Of a stretch of 64,000 nucleotides of DNA, positions 1-8,784 are shown one piece after another. A program made the translations under genes and the position numbers. Source of the stretch: an uncultured Planctomycetota bacterium (GTDB lineage: Bacteria; Planctomycetota; Planctomycetia; Gemmatales; Gemmataceae); NCBI GenBank assembly GCA_963849325.1, contig CAWKHF010000004.1:128001-192000 (forward strand), written 5' to 3'. A model generated the notes under the pieces. The model did not search any database, was not told where the DNA came from, and was given only the letters and a program-made list of their open reading frames with translations. How positions within the stretch are numbered: position 1 is the first letter of the stretch; the number at the start of each line of letters is the position of its first letter.

Positions 1-1771
1 GAGCGGAGCCGCTTACAACTTCCGGGAGTTAGGGAGGCTCCTTGCGGTGTCGAACCCTGGCCTCTACCGACGTGCCGACAGCTACGGACTCTACAAGACG
101 GTGCCTGGCAAGAACACCCCCGTTACGGTCGCCACGGGCAGGGCGTTGCGTTCCCTGCTGGTGGACACGGTGGACATCACCGTTATCAAGAACGGCAAGT
201 TCGCCAGCGACATGCCGCCGGTCGCCACCTTGGACACGATGCTCGCCACGGAATGCTTCCTTGGTGCGTTCCGTCCCGTCCAGCGCATCGTTACTTCGCC
301 GGTCTACCTGCCGGACTTCAGCCTGACCCAGCCGGGCTACAACCCAGGCGGCGTCCTCTACCTGGGACCGGCTCCCGCCGTCTCCGAGAGCCTGGAGTTC
401 ACCAGCCGGTTCCTCGACGTGATGGAGTGGGCCGGGAGCGCCGACCGGACCAACGCCGTCGCTGCGGCGCTCCTCGTGCATCTCCGTCTGCTCTGGCCGG
501 GCGGCAAGCCGGTCGTCCTCATTACGGCAATCGTCTCCGGGGCCGGGAAGGGCACCGTCATGAAGTATGCGGCGGGGAACGTCCGGCGGGCCAGCATCCT
601 CTACGAAAACCTCGACTGGCCCATTCAGAGGCAGTTGCAGCCGCAACTCAACGCCCATCCCGACGTTGGGGTGATTACGTCGGACAACGTGCGCACCGAT
701 AGCTCGCACTCCAGGGAAATCCGCTCCGGCTTCTTGGAGGGCTTCATCACCGACCCGGAGATCATCATGAACGCTCCCGGCGGCGGTCCCGAAGTCCGCA
801 CCCCGAACGCCTTCGTCTACTTCATCAACACGAATGAGGGCGTCTTCTCCAAGGACTTCTTGAACCGCTCGCTCCTCAGCCACCTGACACCGAAGGGCGA
901 CGTGACGGAAACGCACCGCAACTGTCCGATTGGCGACCCGATGGAGTACCTGGACAAGAACCGGGAGCAGTTGGACGCCGAACTCCGGGGAATGATCGAA
1001 CGGTGGAAGAAGGCGGGGAAGCCGCTGCTCCCGGACGCTCCAGAGGGCCATCGCATGGTGGACTGCACCCGGACGCTGGGCGGCATCCTCCAGGTCAACG
1101 GCTTCAAGGACTTCCTGGGGAACTACCGCAGCGTCCGGGCAGCTTACGATCCCATCGGGCAGTCCCTCGGCATCATGGCAGCGGCGCAGCCGGGCCGGGA
1201 GATGACGGCCAGGGAATGGGCGGCGCAGGCGGTGACGCAGGGCCTTGACAACCTCTTCGGCCCAGGGAGTCGTGGCAGGGAGAAGGTGCTGTCGCAGGAG
1301 CGGGAGATGGGCTGGAAGCTCAAGGCATTCATCAACCACACCGTTGAGTTCGTCACCGAGGACGGCGGACGGCTGCGGTTCAAGTTGCATAAGGATAAGC
1401 GGCGCTGGGGCGGCCTCGACCCCCACTTCCGCTACTGGTTTGAGCCGGAGGACGAGGCGACGAAGGACGCCGTGAAGGAACTGATGCTGCCGAAGCCAGC
1501 CGCAACCGAAGCGTCCACGAACGGCTCCGGCCTTCGCTGCATCGTGTGTAACGGGCCGTCGCTCGCCGTGGTGGGCACCGGCAACAAGCAGGTCCACTAC
1601 TGCCTGAAGCATTACCAGGAAAAGCACGGCGACCTGGACCAGTATCAGCCGGAGCCGATCCCGACCCCCATTGAGGCCCCGATGCCCGCAACGCTTGACG
1701 CCCCGAAGCAGGACGGCTTGGACCAGCACCAGCCAGAGGAGATTCCGGCCCGGAAGGAGGCGTCACCTTGA
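1..1771 (+). CDS. SF3/D5-like P-loop helicase (primase-helicase type replication protein), 5'-partial, with a C-terminal Zn finger
   Basis: Frame is open from position 2. Walker A VSGAGKGT, Walker B-like ITSDN, motif C YFINTN, Arg-finger-like DFLNRS, and CIVC...YCLKH near the C-terminus. Confidence 0.6.
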   Translation, partial: SGAAYNFRELGRLLAVSNPGLYRRADSYGLYKTVPGKNTPVTVATGRALRSLLVDTVDITVIKNGKFASDMPPVATLDTMLATECFLGAFRPVQRIVTSPVYLPDFSLTQPGYNPGGVLYLGPAPAVSESLEFTSRFLDVMEWAGSADRTNAVAAALLVHLRLLWPGGKPVVLITAIVSGAGKGTVMKYAAGNVRRASILYENLDWPIQRQLQPQLNAHPDVGVITSDNVRTDSSHSREIRSGFLEGFITDPEIIMNAPGGGPEVRTPNAFVYFINTNEGVFSKDFLNRSLLSHLTPKGDVTETHRNCPIGDPMEYLDKNREQLDAELRGMIERWKKAGKPLLPDAPEGHRMVDCTRTLGGILQVNGFKDFLGNYRSVRAAYDPIGQSLGIMAAAQPGREMTAREWAAQAVTQGLDNLFGPGSRGREKVLSQEREMGWKLKAFINHTVEFVTEDGGRLRFKLHKDKRRWGGLDPHFRYWFEPEDEATKDAVKELMLPKPAATEASTNGSGLRCIVCNGPSLAVVGTGNKQVHYCLKHYQEKHGDLDQYQPEPIPTPIEAPMPATLDAPKQDGLDQHQPEEIPARKEASP

Positions 1772-2421
1772 ACCGTTTCATCAACAAGGTGTTCAACGGC
1801 GATGCCCTGGACTTGCTGCGGGCGATTCCCACCGCCTCCATCGACGACGTGATTGCCGACGCCATGTACGGGACGGCCAAGGTCTGTCGCTACGATTGGG
1901 GTCTCGACCCGGCGAGAGGCGACCCCGTAAAGCACTGGCAAGACCACGCACCGATCTACCAGGAATGCCGTCGAGTCCTCAAGCCCGGCGGCATCCTGGC
2001 GTGGGGGCAGGGCATCAAGTTTGCCGGGCATTTTCCAACTTGGTTCGGACCACACGGCCTTTGGCCGTTAGCTCGGAGGGGGCGTCGTTCACGGAACTGG
2101 ATCAGTTGTCACCTTTGGGTTGTCCAGACCAAGGAGCAGCAGCCGATTCCGCTCCCGTCTAACTACAAGCTGATCGAGTTCGACACCTTGCCTCCTCTGA
2201 CCGTCCACCCCTGCCCCAAGCCGGTCGAGGAAATGAAGTTCCTGCTCGAAGCGCTCACCAAGCCCGGCCAGATCGTCCTCGACTGCTTTTGTGGGCTAGG
2301 CAGCACGCTGGTCGCTGCCCAGCAACTTGGTCGCCGCTGGATCGGCTGCGACAAAAGCCGGGCGTACTGCCAATGGACGATGAAAGAGTTGGACAAACTT
2401 CCCAAACAGAACGTCGCCTAG
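1768..2421 (+). CDS. Site-specific DNA methyltransferase (N6/N4 family, beta-type motif order) with atypical catalytic motif DAMY
   Basis: GDALDLL...IDDVIADAMYG, RVLKPGG, HPCPKP, VLDCFCGLGSTLVAAQQLGRRWIGCD. Confidence 0.85.
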   Translation: MNRFINKVFNGDALDLLRAIPTASIDDVIADAMYGTAKVCRYDWGLDPARGDPVKHWQDHAPIYQECRRVLKPGGILAWGQGIKFAGHFPTWFGPHGLWPLARRGRRSRNWISCHLWVVQTKEQQPIPLPSNYKLIEFDTLPPLTVHPCPKPVEEMKFLLEALTKPGQIVLDCFCGLGSTLVAAQQLGRRWIGCDKSRAYCQWTMKELDKLPKQNVA

Positions 2422-2448
2422 CGCCATTGCCAGGCCAGAGAGCCAACC

Positions 2449-2850
2449 ATGCTGATCGAACTGAACCGCTTCCTCACCCGGAGCGAGATCGAGCGGCTTT
2501 ACCAGATACCCCCGGATGTGCTGCCCACGGTGATGGCAGGTGTGCCGGTAGTGCATCGTGACGAGAGCGGCGAGGAGCGTTTCGCTGAGAGCCACATCGA
2601 CCGGGCGGTAGACGCTTTCGCCGCCAGCGCCAGCAGGATGCAGCACCAGACGTGCGAACCCGCCCCGAAGGGGAGGCCGGGGCGCAGAAACACCACCGCC
2701 GACATCGCCGTGGTCGCCAACGAACTGAAGGCACAGGGGAAGACCTGGAAGGAGATGCTTGCCGCCTGCAAGAGCCGATTCCCTGGCCGGGTCACGAACG
2801 CCGAGCAACTGCGCACGATCTGGCGGCGGCATTACGGCGGAAAGAAGTAG
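2449..2850 (+). CDS. Hypothetical protein, possible DNA-binding/HTH
   Basis: Basic GRPGRR segment followed by a helical ELKAQGKTWKEM segment; co-oriented with upstream genes. Confidence 0.5.
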   Translation: MLIELNRFLTRSEIERLYQIPPDVLPTVMAGVPVVHRDESGEERFAESHIDRAVDAFAASASRMQHQTCEPAPKGRPGRRNTTADIAVVANELKAQGKTWKEMLAACKSRFPGRVTNAEQLRTIWRRHYGGKK

Positions 2851-3023
2851 CGGGCCAGAAATGTCGGGCGAAACGATCCGCCCAATTTTCGCCCATCCTG
2901 GGTGGACTGTAAGGTGGCTGCGAGGACCGAACGTGCTGGATCGCAACATGCTGGACCGCCAGACCGTGGACAAGGACATTCTGTATTGCCTGCATCGCCC
3001 GGACGGTGACAAGGAGGACCGAT

Positions 3024-3203
3024 ATGCGTCTCAATATCGACCCCAAGGGTAAGTGGGAAGTCGCCATGACCCCGGATGAGGCGGTGCGGCTCGCTGAGCA
3101 AATCCGCCAGGTCGTTAGTGAGCGTTGCGAGAACGAAGACATTGAAGTGACGTTCACGCACGGGGCGTGGGTCGTCACCACGGTGTCAAAGGAGGAGGAA
3201 TGA
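3024..3203 (+). CDS. Small hypothetical protein
   Basis: AAGGAGG RBS before ATG 3024 (MRLNIDPKG...). Confidence 0.6.
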   Translation: MRLNIDPKGKWEVAMTPDEAVRLAEQIRQVVSERCENEDIEVTFTHGAWVVTTVSKEEE

Positions 3204-3206
3204 GTC

Positions 3207-3350
3207 GTGGCTGACGTTATCAACTTCCGTACCGAAAAGCTCCTGCACCTTCTGCGCAAGGCTCTGGAGGAAGTGGAGCAGCGCCGTCTGGCGGGCAAGA
3301 TCACGCAGGAAGACATTGGCGACCTGCTGAAACTGAAGGCGCGAGCTTGA
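3207..3350 (+). CDS. Small hypothetical protein (47 aa, not in ORF track)
   Basis: GGAGGAGG RBS then GTG; MADVINFRTEKLLHLLRKALEEVEQRRLAGKITQEDIGDLLKLKARA. Confidence 0.55.
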   Translation: MADVINFRTEKLLHLLRKALEEVEQRRLAGKITQEDIGDLLKLKARA

Positions 3351-3381
3351 TCGCCTGCTGCCGGAGAAGGAGGAATAAACC

Positions 3382-3660
3382 GTGAAGACCCACATGCGTC
3401 ACTTCGACGGCGTGCTGCGTGAGCAGGACGGCAACCAGGGTTGCCCGCAGTGCGGGGCCGCACCGCAGCACTGCCAGTACATCGAAATCCAGGCCGTCAC
3501 CTACGAGTACGACCCGAAGAAGGGCATCCACGTCCCAATCGAGTACGTCAGCCCGGCGGAACTGGATTACGACGTGGAGTACGACGACGACCACCCCGAA
3601 GTCCTGGGCAAGTGCAACCAGTGTGGCCACGAGTGGGCTGCGTTCCAAAGTGAGGAGTAA
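3382..3660 (+). CDS. Small Zn-ribbon protein
   Basis: AAGGAGG RBS; CPQC...CNQC. Confidence 0.65.
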   Translation: MKTHMRHFDGVLREQDGNQGCPQCGAAPQHCQYIEIQAVTYEYDPKKGIHVPIEYVSPAELDYDVEYDDDHPEVLGKCNQCGHEWAAFQSEE

Positions 3661-3662
3661 AC

Positions 3663-3986
3663 ATGAAGTGTCCCGTTTGCAAGAAGCCCACCCAGGAGCC
3701 GGGTGCTTGTCTCGCCTGCCTGCCGTTCAATATGTACTTCGGCGTTGACACGACTCCAGAAGATGAGGACCGTTGCCGCCGCCTGATGGTGGCCAACCGT
3801 AATAAGCTCGACACCATCCCATTCAGCCAAATGAAGATCGGGGTCGGCGGCGAACATCACCCGCAGGTTGATGGTGATGACCTCGTTCAATTCGTCCTTG
3901 ACGACGGCATCACCATGACGACCGCCCTGGACCTGTTCGCCCGCAAGTCCGTACTCTTCGGGCGTCAACCCACGGAAGCGAAGTGA
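3663..3986 (+). CDS. Small protein with N-terminal Zn finger
   Basis: GAGGAG RBS; CPVC...CLAC. Confidence 0.65.
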   Translation: MKCPVCKKPTQEPGACLACLPFNMYFGVDTTPEDEDRCRRLMVANRNKLDTIPFSQMKIGVGGEHHPQVDGDDLVQFVLDDGITMTTALDLFARKSVLFGRQPTEAK

Positions 3987-3989
3987 GCC

Positions 3990-4174
3990 ATGAGCATGGA
4001 ACACGAATTGATATGTCCCAAGTGCGGCGGGGTTGTCACCGTGAACGACGGCAACTGCAATAGTGAAGGATCGTGGATAACGCACGGTGCGGCGACTGCG
4101 AATCGGAGTTCGCTGTGGGCTGGGAACATACTCCATTCTTGTACGATACCGACGAAGACGACAAAAACTTATGA
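3990..4174 (+). CDS. Small Zn-ribbon protein (one frameshift)
   Basis: CPKC in one frame continues after a 1-nt shift near 4073 as NARCGDCESEFAVGW...DKNL*, with the stop overlapping the next ATG. Confidence 0.45.
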
Positions 4175-4380
4175 AGCACTTCAACCAGACCTGCGAACAT
4201 TGTCACTCAGGGCCGCAGGCGCTCGCCTGCATCTCCTGCGGTCGCTGGTGTTGCGAGCGCTGCCTGGAAGCCTGCGTCCGCTGCGGCGAGTTCGTCTGCC
4301 CCTGGTGCAAACGGATCGGACCAACGACCGAGTACGGCCCAGGGTATTGCGAGAACTGCTTGGAGGAGATCAAGTCATGA
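4171..4380 (+). CDS. Cys-rich small protein (multiple CxxC)
   Basis: CEHC, CISC, CCERC, CVRC, CPWC, CENC; stop overlaps next ATG (ATGA). Confidence 0.6.
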   Translation: MKHFNQTCEHCHSGPQALACISCGRWCCERCLEACVRCGEFVCPWCKRIGPTTEYGPGYCENCLEEIKS

Positions 4381-4717
4381 AGTTGAAATGCAAAGGCTGT
4401 GGCAACATGGACAAGTTCTGCGGCTTCCAGCAGGCCACCGGCAGTCACGATTGTGTCGTGGGCCTTAGCCGGGAGGAGGCGGTTCCTGGCTGCGGCAGCG
4501 ACGACGTGGCAGCGACGGCTGCGGCAGCGCCGCCCTGCTCGGAGAAGTTGCTCTGACTCCCCCGGCGTTGCGCCCAGCCATGCGTCGGAAGCTGAAGTAC
4601 GAAAGGCAGCGCCAGGAGGCTTTGGAGATCGTGGAGGCCATGAGTGCGCAGTACCACCTGGAGATGGCGGCGCAGCAGGCTGCTCCGGCCCAGGACACCG
4701 AAGGGGGAAAGGCATGA
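4377..4717 (+). pseudogene. Small Zn-finger ORF, decayed or frameshifted
   Basis: GGAGG RBS and MKLKCKGC; a second frame gives MRRKLKYERQRQEALEIVE...* whose stop overlaps ATG 4714. Confidence 0.35.
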
Positions 4718-5280
4718 CCTGCAAAAACCACGAATGGGTCGTCTTCTCGACGGCCCTCGATAAAGGTTGGCTGATGCTCCAGTGCGTCAAATGCGGCCTT
4801 CACGCCACGGTCGATGACCCCTCGAAGAAGGAATGGTCGAATGCGTACCATGCGCCGTCGAATCCGTATCGCTGGCTTGATGAAACACGGGTCGTGATCC
4901 ACGAGGAGCATCCCGCCGACCCGCGCTACGTCCAGAAGGAGCCGCCAAGCGCCAAGAAGTGCGAATGCTATGCCAAGCTGGGTGTACCTGAGCCGGGCGG
5001 TTACGAGCGGGTCTGGATCGAGGCGACCAGGCTGAAGCCGGACCTGACTCCTGAAGCCCGGAAGGAGTTGCTGCACCTGGCTGCGCTGGCGGATCGGGCC
5101 GCTGACCTTTGCAGCACCTTCTTTCCTCTGTTCGTTGAGGGCTACCAGCAGGACACCGGCGGCGAGCCGAGCCACGCCGTCCGCTGGTTCGCCAAGCAGA
5201 TCGACAAGCTGCGGGCGATGGGCGTCCATTGCTCCTCGTCCGTGATCGCCACGCTGCTGCGGGAGTTGGCGAAGGCGTAG
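4714..5280 (+). CDS. Hypothetical protein with Cys/His motifs
   Basis: MTCKNHEW...CVKC...; start coupled to the upstream stop. Confidence 0.6.
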   Translation: MTCKNHEWVVFSTALDKGWLMLQCVKCGLHATVDDPSKKEWSNAYHAPSNPYRWLDETRVVIHEEHPADPRYVQKEPPSAKKCECYAKLGVPEPGGYERVWIEATRLKPDLTPEARKELLHLAALADRAADLCSTFFPLFVEGYQQDTGGEPSHAVRWFAKQIDKLRAMGVHCSSSVIATLLRELAKA

Positions 5281-5333
5281 CTTCTGGCACCTGGCGGGAA
5301 GACAAGGCTCCGGCCCGAAAGGAGGCAGGTTTG

Positions 5334-5654
5334 ATGAGCGAGAAGGAAGGCAACCGCTCGGCTCTGGCCCTGGGCCTGTACTTGTACCGGGTGCTGGAGA
5401 ACGACTCAGACGCCGACCCGCTGGACCACGGGGCTGTGCGGGCGGAAAGCCCGGAAGCCGCCAAGCGCCTCGTGGCCGAGCGGCTGCGGGGAGACTTGGA
5501 GTGGATATTCGACGTGTCTGGCGAGGACCAGCTAAAGGTCCGCCTCCACCCCTTGGAGGACGTGCAGACTAGCCAGGTCTTGAACTCGGAGAACTTTGAG
5601 GACTTCGAGGTTGAGCGGCCTAACCTTGGCCTTGCGCCTGAACGGTCGTCCTGA
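5334..5654 (+). CDS. Hypothetical protein
   Basis: AAGGAGG RBS; acidic ~106-aa ORF. Confidence 0.6.
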   Translation: MSEKEGNRSALALGLYLYRVLENDSDADPLDHGAVRAESPEAAKRLVAERLRGDLEWIFDVSGEDQLKVRLHPLEDVQTSQVLNSENFEDFEVERPNLGLAPERSS

Positions 5655-5673
5655 CCAGAACAAGGAGGTAGTC

Positions 5674-6216
5674 ATGAAGCAGTACACCTTCGTGGAGAAG
5701 ATCGTCAGCAAGGCGCAGTGGCTTGTCAAGGCCGAGACGCTGGCCGATGCCGAGCGGCGGTTCCAGGCCCTCCGTGACGAAGGGGAACCGCCGGTCGAGG
5801 AGGAGGTCGAGGACTCCGAGATTATCACCGTGTTGGAAGACGGCATTGCCGTTCCGCCGCCGGGCAAGAAGCGCTACCACATCGAGGTCAAGGTCGAAGG
5901 CGGCACGAAGCACTACGAGGTCTTTGCCGCCGACGAGGACGAGGCCGTGATCGCCGGGCAGGATCGTTTCCTTGGAGAGAACCCTGGCCAGGACGTTCTG
6001 ACGATCTCTGTGGAGGAAGCGTCTACCGCCGAGGCTGAGGCCGTCGAGAAGGCGTGGCAATTCCACCTGGATGTGGTCGGCTACGGCGACGACCCGGAAG
6101 AAGCTTGGGGGAATCTGCTCCTGCACTCACTGAAGGAGCCGCCACCTTGCGAGTGGCTGACGGAAATGAACGTGCGCCTGGAAGACGAGAGCCACGAAGG
6201 AGGAACCGATCAGTGA
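5674..6216 (+). CDS. Hypothetical acidic protein with repeated 'V(K/F)A...EA' units
   Basis: AAGGAGG RBS at 5662; VKAETLADAERR and VFAADEDEAVIA segments. Confidence 0.6.
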   Translation: MKQYTFVEKIVSKAQWLVKAETLADAERRFQALRDEGEPPVEEEVEDSEIITVLEDGIAVPPPGKKRYHIEVKVEGGTKHYEVFAADEDEAVIAGQDRFLGENPGQDVLTISVEEASTAEAEAVEKAWQFHLDVVGYGDDPEEAWGNLLLHSLKEPPPCEWLTEMNVRLEDESHEGGTDQ

Positions 6217-6464
6217 AACAAGAAGAAGCCCGCCTGAAGCGTGCGCTGAAGAAGCTGGAGAAGGCCGGGGTCGAAGCCTTCCACCCTGAGCGGTTCCCGC
6301 AGGATGATCGCCTTCGCTGCCGGTCGTGTGGCCAAATCTTCTGGCCTGGGAGCCGGAAGCGGATTTGGTATCGGTGCCCGAATGGGTGCTGTCCCAAGAC
6401 CGAGGCCGAGGAAGCACTAGAGTTGCTGGACAAGCTCTGCCCGCCGGAAGAGGCCGGGCCGTGA
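6213..6464 (+). CDS. Small Zn-finger protein
   Basis: AAGGAGG RBS, GTG start overlapping the upstream stop; CRSC...CPNGCC. Confidence 0.6.
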   Translation: MKQEEARLKRALKKLEKAGVEAFHPERFPQDDRLRCRSCGQIFWPGSRKRIWYRCPNGCCPKTEAEEALELLDKLCPPEEAGP

Positions 6465-6780
6465 TGGGCCAGCGGGTCCGGGGCGTTCTTAACTTGCAAA
6501 CAGGGAAGGGGCAGGAGCGAGGAGCGATTCGGGCCAAGTTTCCGGCCCCTGCCCAGGGCAAGACCGGGCCAAATTATTCTCGCACTCTTGCGTTTCCTGC
6601 CGCAAGTCCTTTCCAGGCAAGTAGAAGAAACTTGTTCGGCCAGTTTTACAACCGACTCGATGCCGCTCTATAGTGCTTGATGAAACAAGAATGTGCGATC
6701 TGCTTGGCTGGGTTGGTCCTGGCATCAGAAAACATGGCCAAGAAGAAGCTGGCCTGACTTTTCCAGAGGAGCCACAACAA

Positions 6781-6975
6781 ATGAAACGCAACAGCAAGAG
6801 ACTGCCTCAGCGGCTCGTGGTAGATGACGTGCTTTATCAGGACGGCTATATCTGGATCGTCGTGGACGGCCAGGAGATTATCCTCGACGTTCTCAACGGC
6901 TGCGATACCGTTGAGGACTTGCTGGAGGCGTGTCGGGAGTGGTTGGCGTGGGACGAGGCCCAGGCGGGCAAGTGA
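6781..6975 (+). CDS. Small hypothetical protein
   Basis: GAGGAG RBS before ATG 6781. Confidence 0.5.
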   Translation: MKRNSKRLPQRLVVDDVLYQDGYIWIVVDGQEIILDVLNGCDTVEDLLEACREWLAWDEAQAGK

Positions 6976-7053
6976 CCTACAAGGAGACTGAACTATGTTT
7001 CCACCTGGGTATCGGCCAGGGCAATCGCTTCTGGACAACGATGCCTACGAAGC

Positions 7054-7180
7054 CGCAAGTCGGTCGCCTCGATGCGGCGTGGCGTGGCGACCGGCTTCTC
7101 GATCTCCACCGAAGGGGAGGGGTTGGCCGTCGGCTCCGTGGTCGATGGCCAATACCGGCTCCGGGCGGGCGAACCATTGA
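7054..7180 (+). pseudogene. Degenerate copy of the ubiquitin-like domain
   Basis: Translates RKSVASMRRGVATGFSISTEGEGLAVGSVVDGQYRLRAGEPL, clearly homologous to the Ubl at 9418/10422/11308. No in-frame ATG/GTG start and no GRKG tail. Confidence 0.75.
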
Positions 7181-7690
7181 GGACGGGGCCATGCCTTGGC
7201 CTTGCGCCCGCACGGACGCCCCCACCAGGGTAAAGAGGGTGTACGAGTGGATTCCCAGGAAGAAGCTCCCTTGAAGCGAGCAGCGGTGGTAAAGAAGGCG
7301 GTGCGTCTGGCCGACATCCTGGCTACCATCGACCAGATTTCGGACGGACATGGCGATCTGGACACTTTTCGGTGGAACTGAAGAATCGGGTAAACAACCG
7401 GCTGAACGGGGAGTATTATCAGATCATGAGGACAAGGGCATTGGCAGCCAGCATCAAGCGACCTGCGACGACCAGCCTCCTATTATGACAGGCGCTATAG
7501 AGCGCAACGACCGCCCCGATTTGGCGGTTGCCTGACCAACATCATTTTGGACTTTACGCTCGTGGGCTTGGGACGCCATTTCTTGTCCCGGCTATAGGCT
7601 CCACCCATTACCCAGCGACAGCGGCAGATAGCACTCCTTCGAGGATGATCTGCGCTCGGCCCAAATCAAATGAAAGAGGAAGGACTGACC

Positions 7691-8503
7691 ATGACGACGC
7701 CGCAGAAGCCACAGCCGACACCCGAAGACCTCCAGAACTGGTACTATGGTCGCCATCATCTCCAGCGTAAGGCTGGACAGCCGGAGACGTTGCCAAAGCT
7801 GTATTATTACCTGTCCTTTTCAGTCTATCCACCAGATACAGCCAAGCTCGAATATCGGGACTGGTACAATTGTGATTGGGTTCACATCAAGCACCGTGCC
7901 GTAATTGAAGCACTTCCGGTGGACCAGATACGGCAGCAGGTTCTTGACCTGTGCCCGGCTGGTTCCGTCATCACCGAGGAACGGGATTGGGGGCGGAATG
8001 CCTACCTCACGTCGGCCCGTTGGCTAATTGCCAAGGGCTTTTATTCCGAACAGGACGGCAACGAACAGGAACGGTTGAGGAAGCTCCGGCAGTCCTGGGA
8101 TCAGCCGCCGAGCCGGATGGTTCCGACGCCGACCCCGGAAGCCGTTAATACCTGGCTGTCGGATCGGTATTACGGCCTGGAGAAGAAGCGGGGCCAGCCG
8201 GAAATAATCCCGGATGTCTTCAAGCGGGTTCGTCTCGAAATCGTCCTCGACGGTCAGGTTCACCGGGTTCAGTGGGTCATCCTCGAAGAAAAGTCCTCCC
8301 GGCTGGCTGGGGAATACCGGGACTACATTCAGGCTGACCTGGAAGAACTGTTGGGGAGCGACGTTCATATTGCCGGTAGCATTCAGGTCTACGGTAAGGA
8401 GTACCGGCCCGCAACACGTTGGTTGATTGCGAACGGCTTCTGCACCGATGTTGCGACGGCTGAGTACCAGCGGAAGAAACTGCTGAAGGACATGGGGCCT
8501 TAG
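7691..8503 (+). CDS. Hypothetical protein made of two tandem ~135-aa repeats
   Basis: PQPTPEDLQNW...RKAGQPETLP...RWLIAKGF and PTPTPEAVNTW...KKRGQPEIIP...RWLIANGF. Confidence 0.7.
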   Translation: MTTPQKPQPTPEDLQNWYYGRHHLQRKAGQPETLPKLYYYLSFSVYPPDTAKLEYRDWYNCDWVHIKHRAVIEALPVDQIRQQVLDLCPAGSVITEERDWGRNAYLTSARWLIAKGFYSEQDGNEQERLRKLRQSWDQPPSRMVPTPTPEAVNTWLSDRYYGLEKKRGQPEIIPDVFKRVRLEIVLDGQVHRVQWVILEEKSSRLAGEYRDYIQADLEELLGSDVHIAGSIQVYGKEYRPATRWLIANGFCTDVATAEYQRKKLLKDMGP

Positions 8504-8520
8504 TTTACCGGCGCAAAACG

Positions 8521-8600
8521 CCATCCCTGGCTTTCATCGGCGGCATGGTGGTCGAGCCGAGTACCGGCTCCGGGTGGGCGAACCTTTGAAGGCGGGGCCA
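8521..8600 (+). pseudogene. Second degenerate, frameshifted Ubl fragment
   Basis: AFIGGMVV / EYRLRVGEPL match AFIGGSVV...YRLRAGD of the intact copies. Confidence 0.65.
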
Positions 8601-8784
8601 TGACCTTGGCCTTGCGCCCGAACGGTCGCCCTCACCAGGGTAAGGAGGAGCAGGGGTGGATCGGCGGGATGCTTGTGCGACTCGCTGAAAATCTAGCAGT
8701 GGTGGTTTACAACCGGCAACTTTTTTCCGTACCCTCTTGATACGCCGAGCAACTGAGCCTCGGCCAGCACCAGGGAGAACTGCG

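Larger units (their letters stand above)
5623..8648 (+). repeat. Dispersed ~36-bp direct repeat, 3 copies (5623-5658, 7194-7229, 8603-8638)
   Basis: ACCTTGGCCTTGCGCCYGAACGGTCGYCCTSACCAG followed within a few nt by AAGGAGG or AAAGAGG; the 7194 copy is slightly diverged. Confidence 0.85.

Noticed and set aside
29-1729. Long antisense ORFs (also 8707-10239, 36396-39953, 53685-55073 on an alternate frame, 55455-57785)
   Set aside because: Shadow ORFs of high-GC genes; the overlapping frame carries the recognisable motifs.
5623-8648. 36-bp repeats as a CRISPR array
   Set aside because: Spacing is 1.4-1.6 kb with genes in between, and there are no cas genes.
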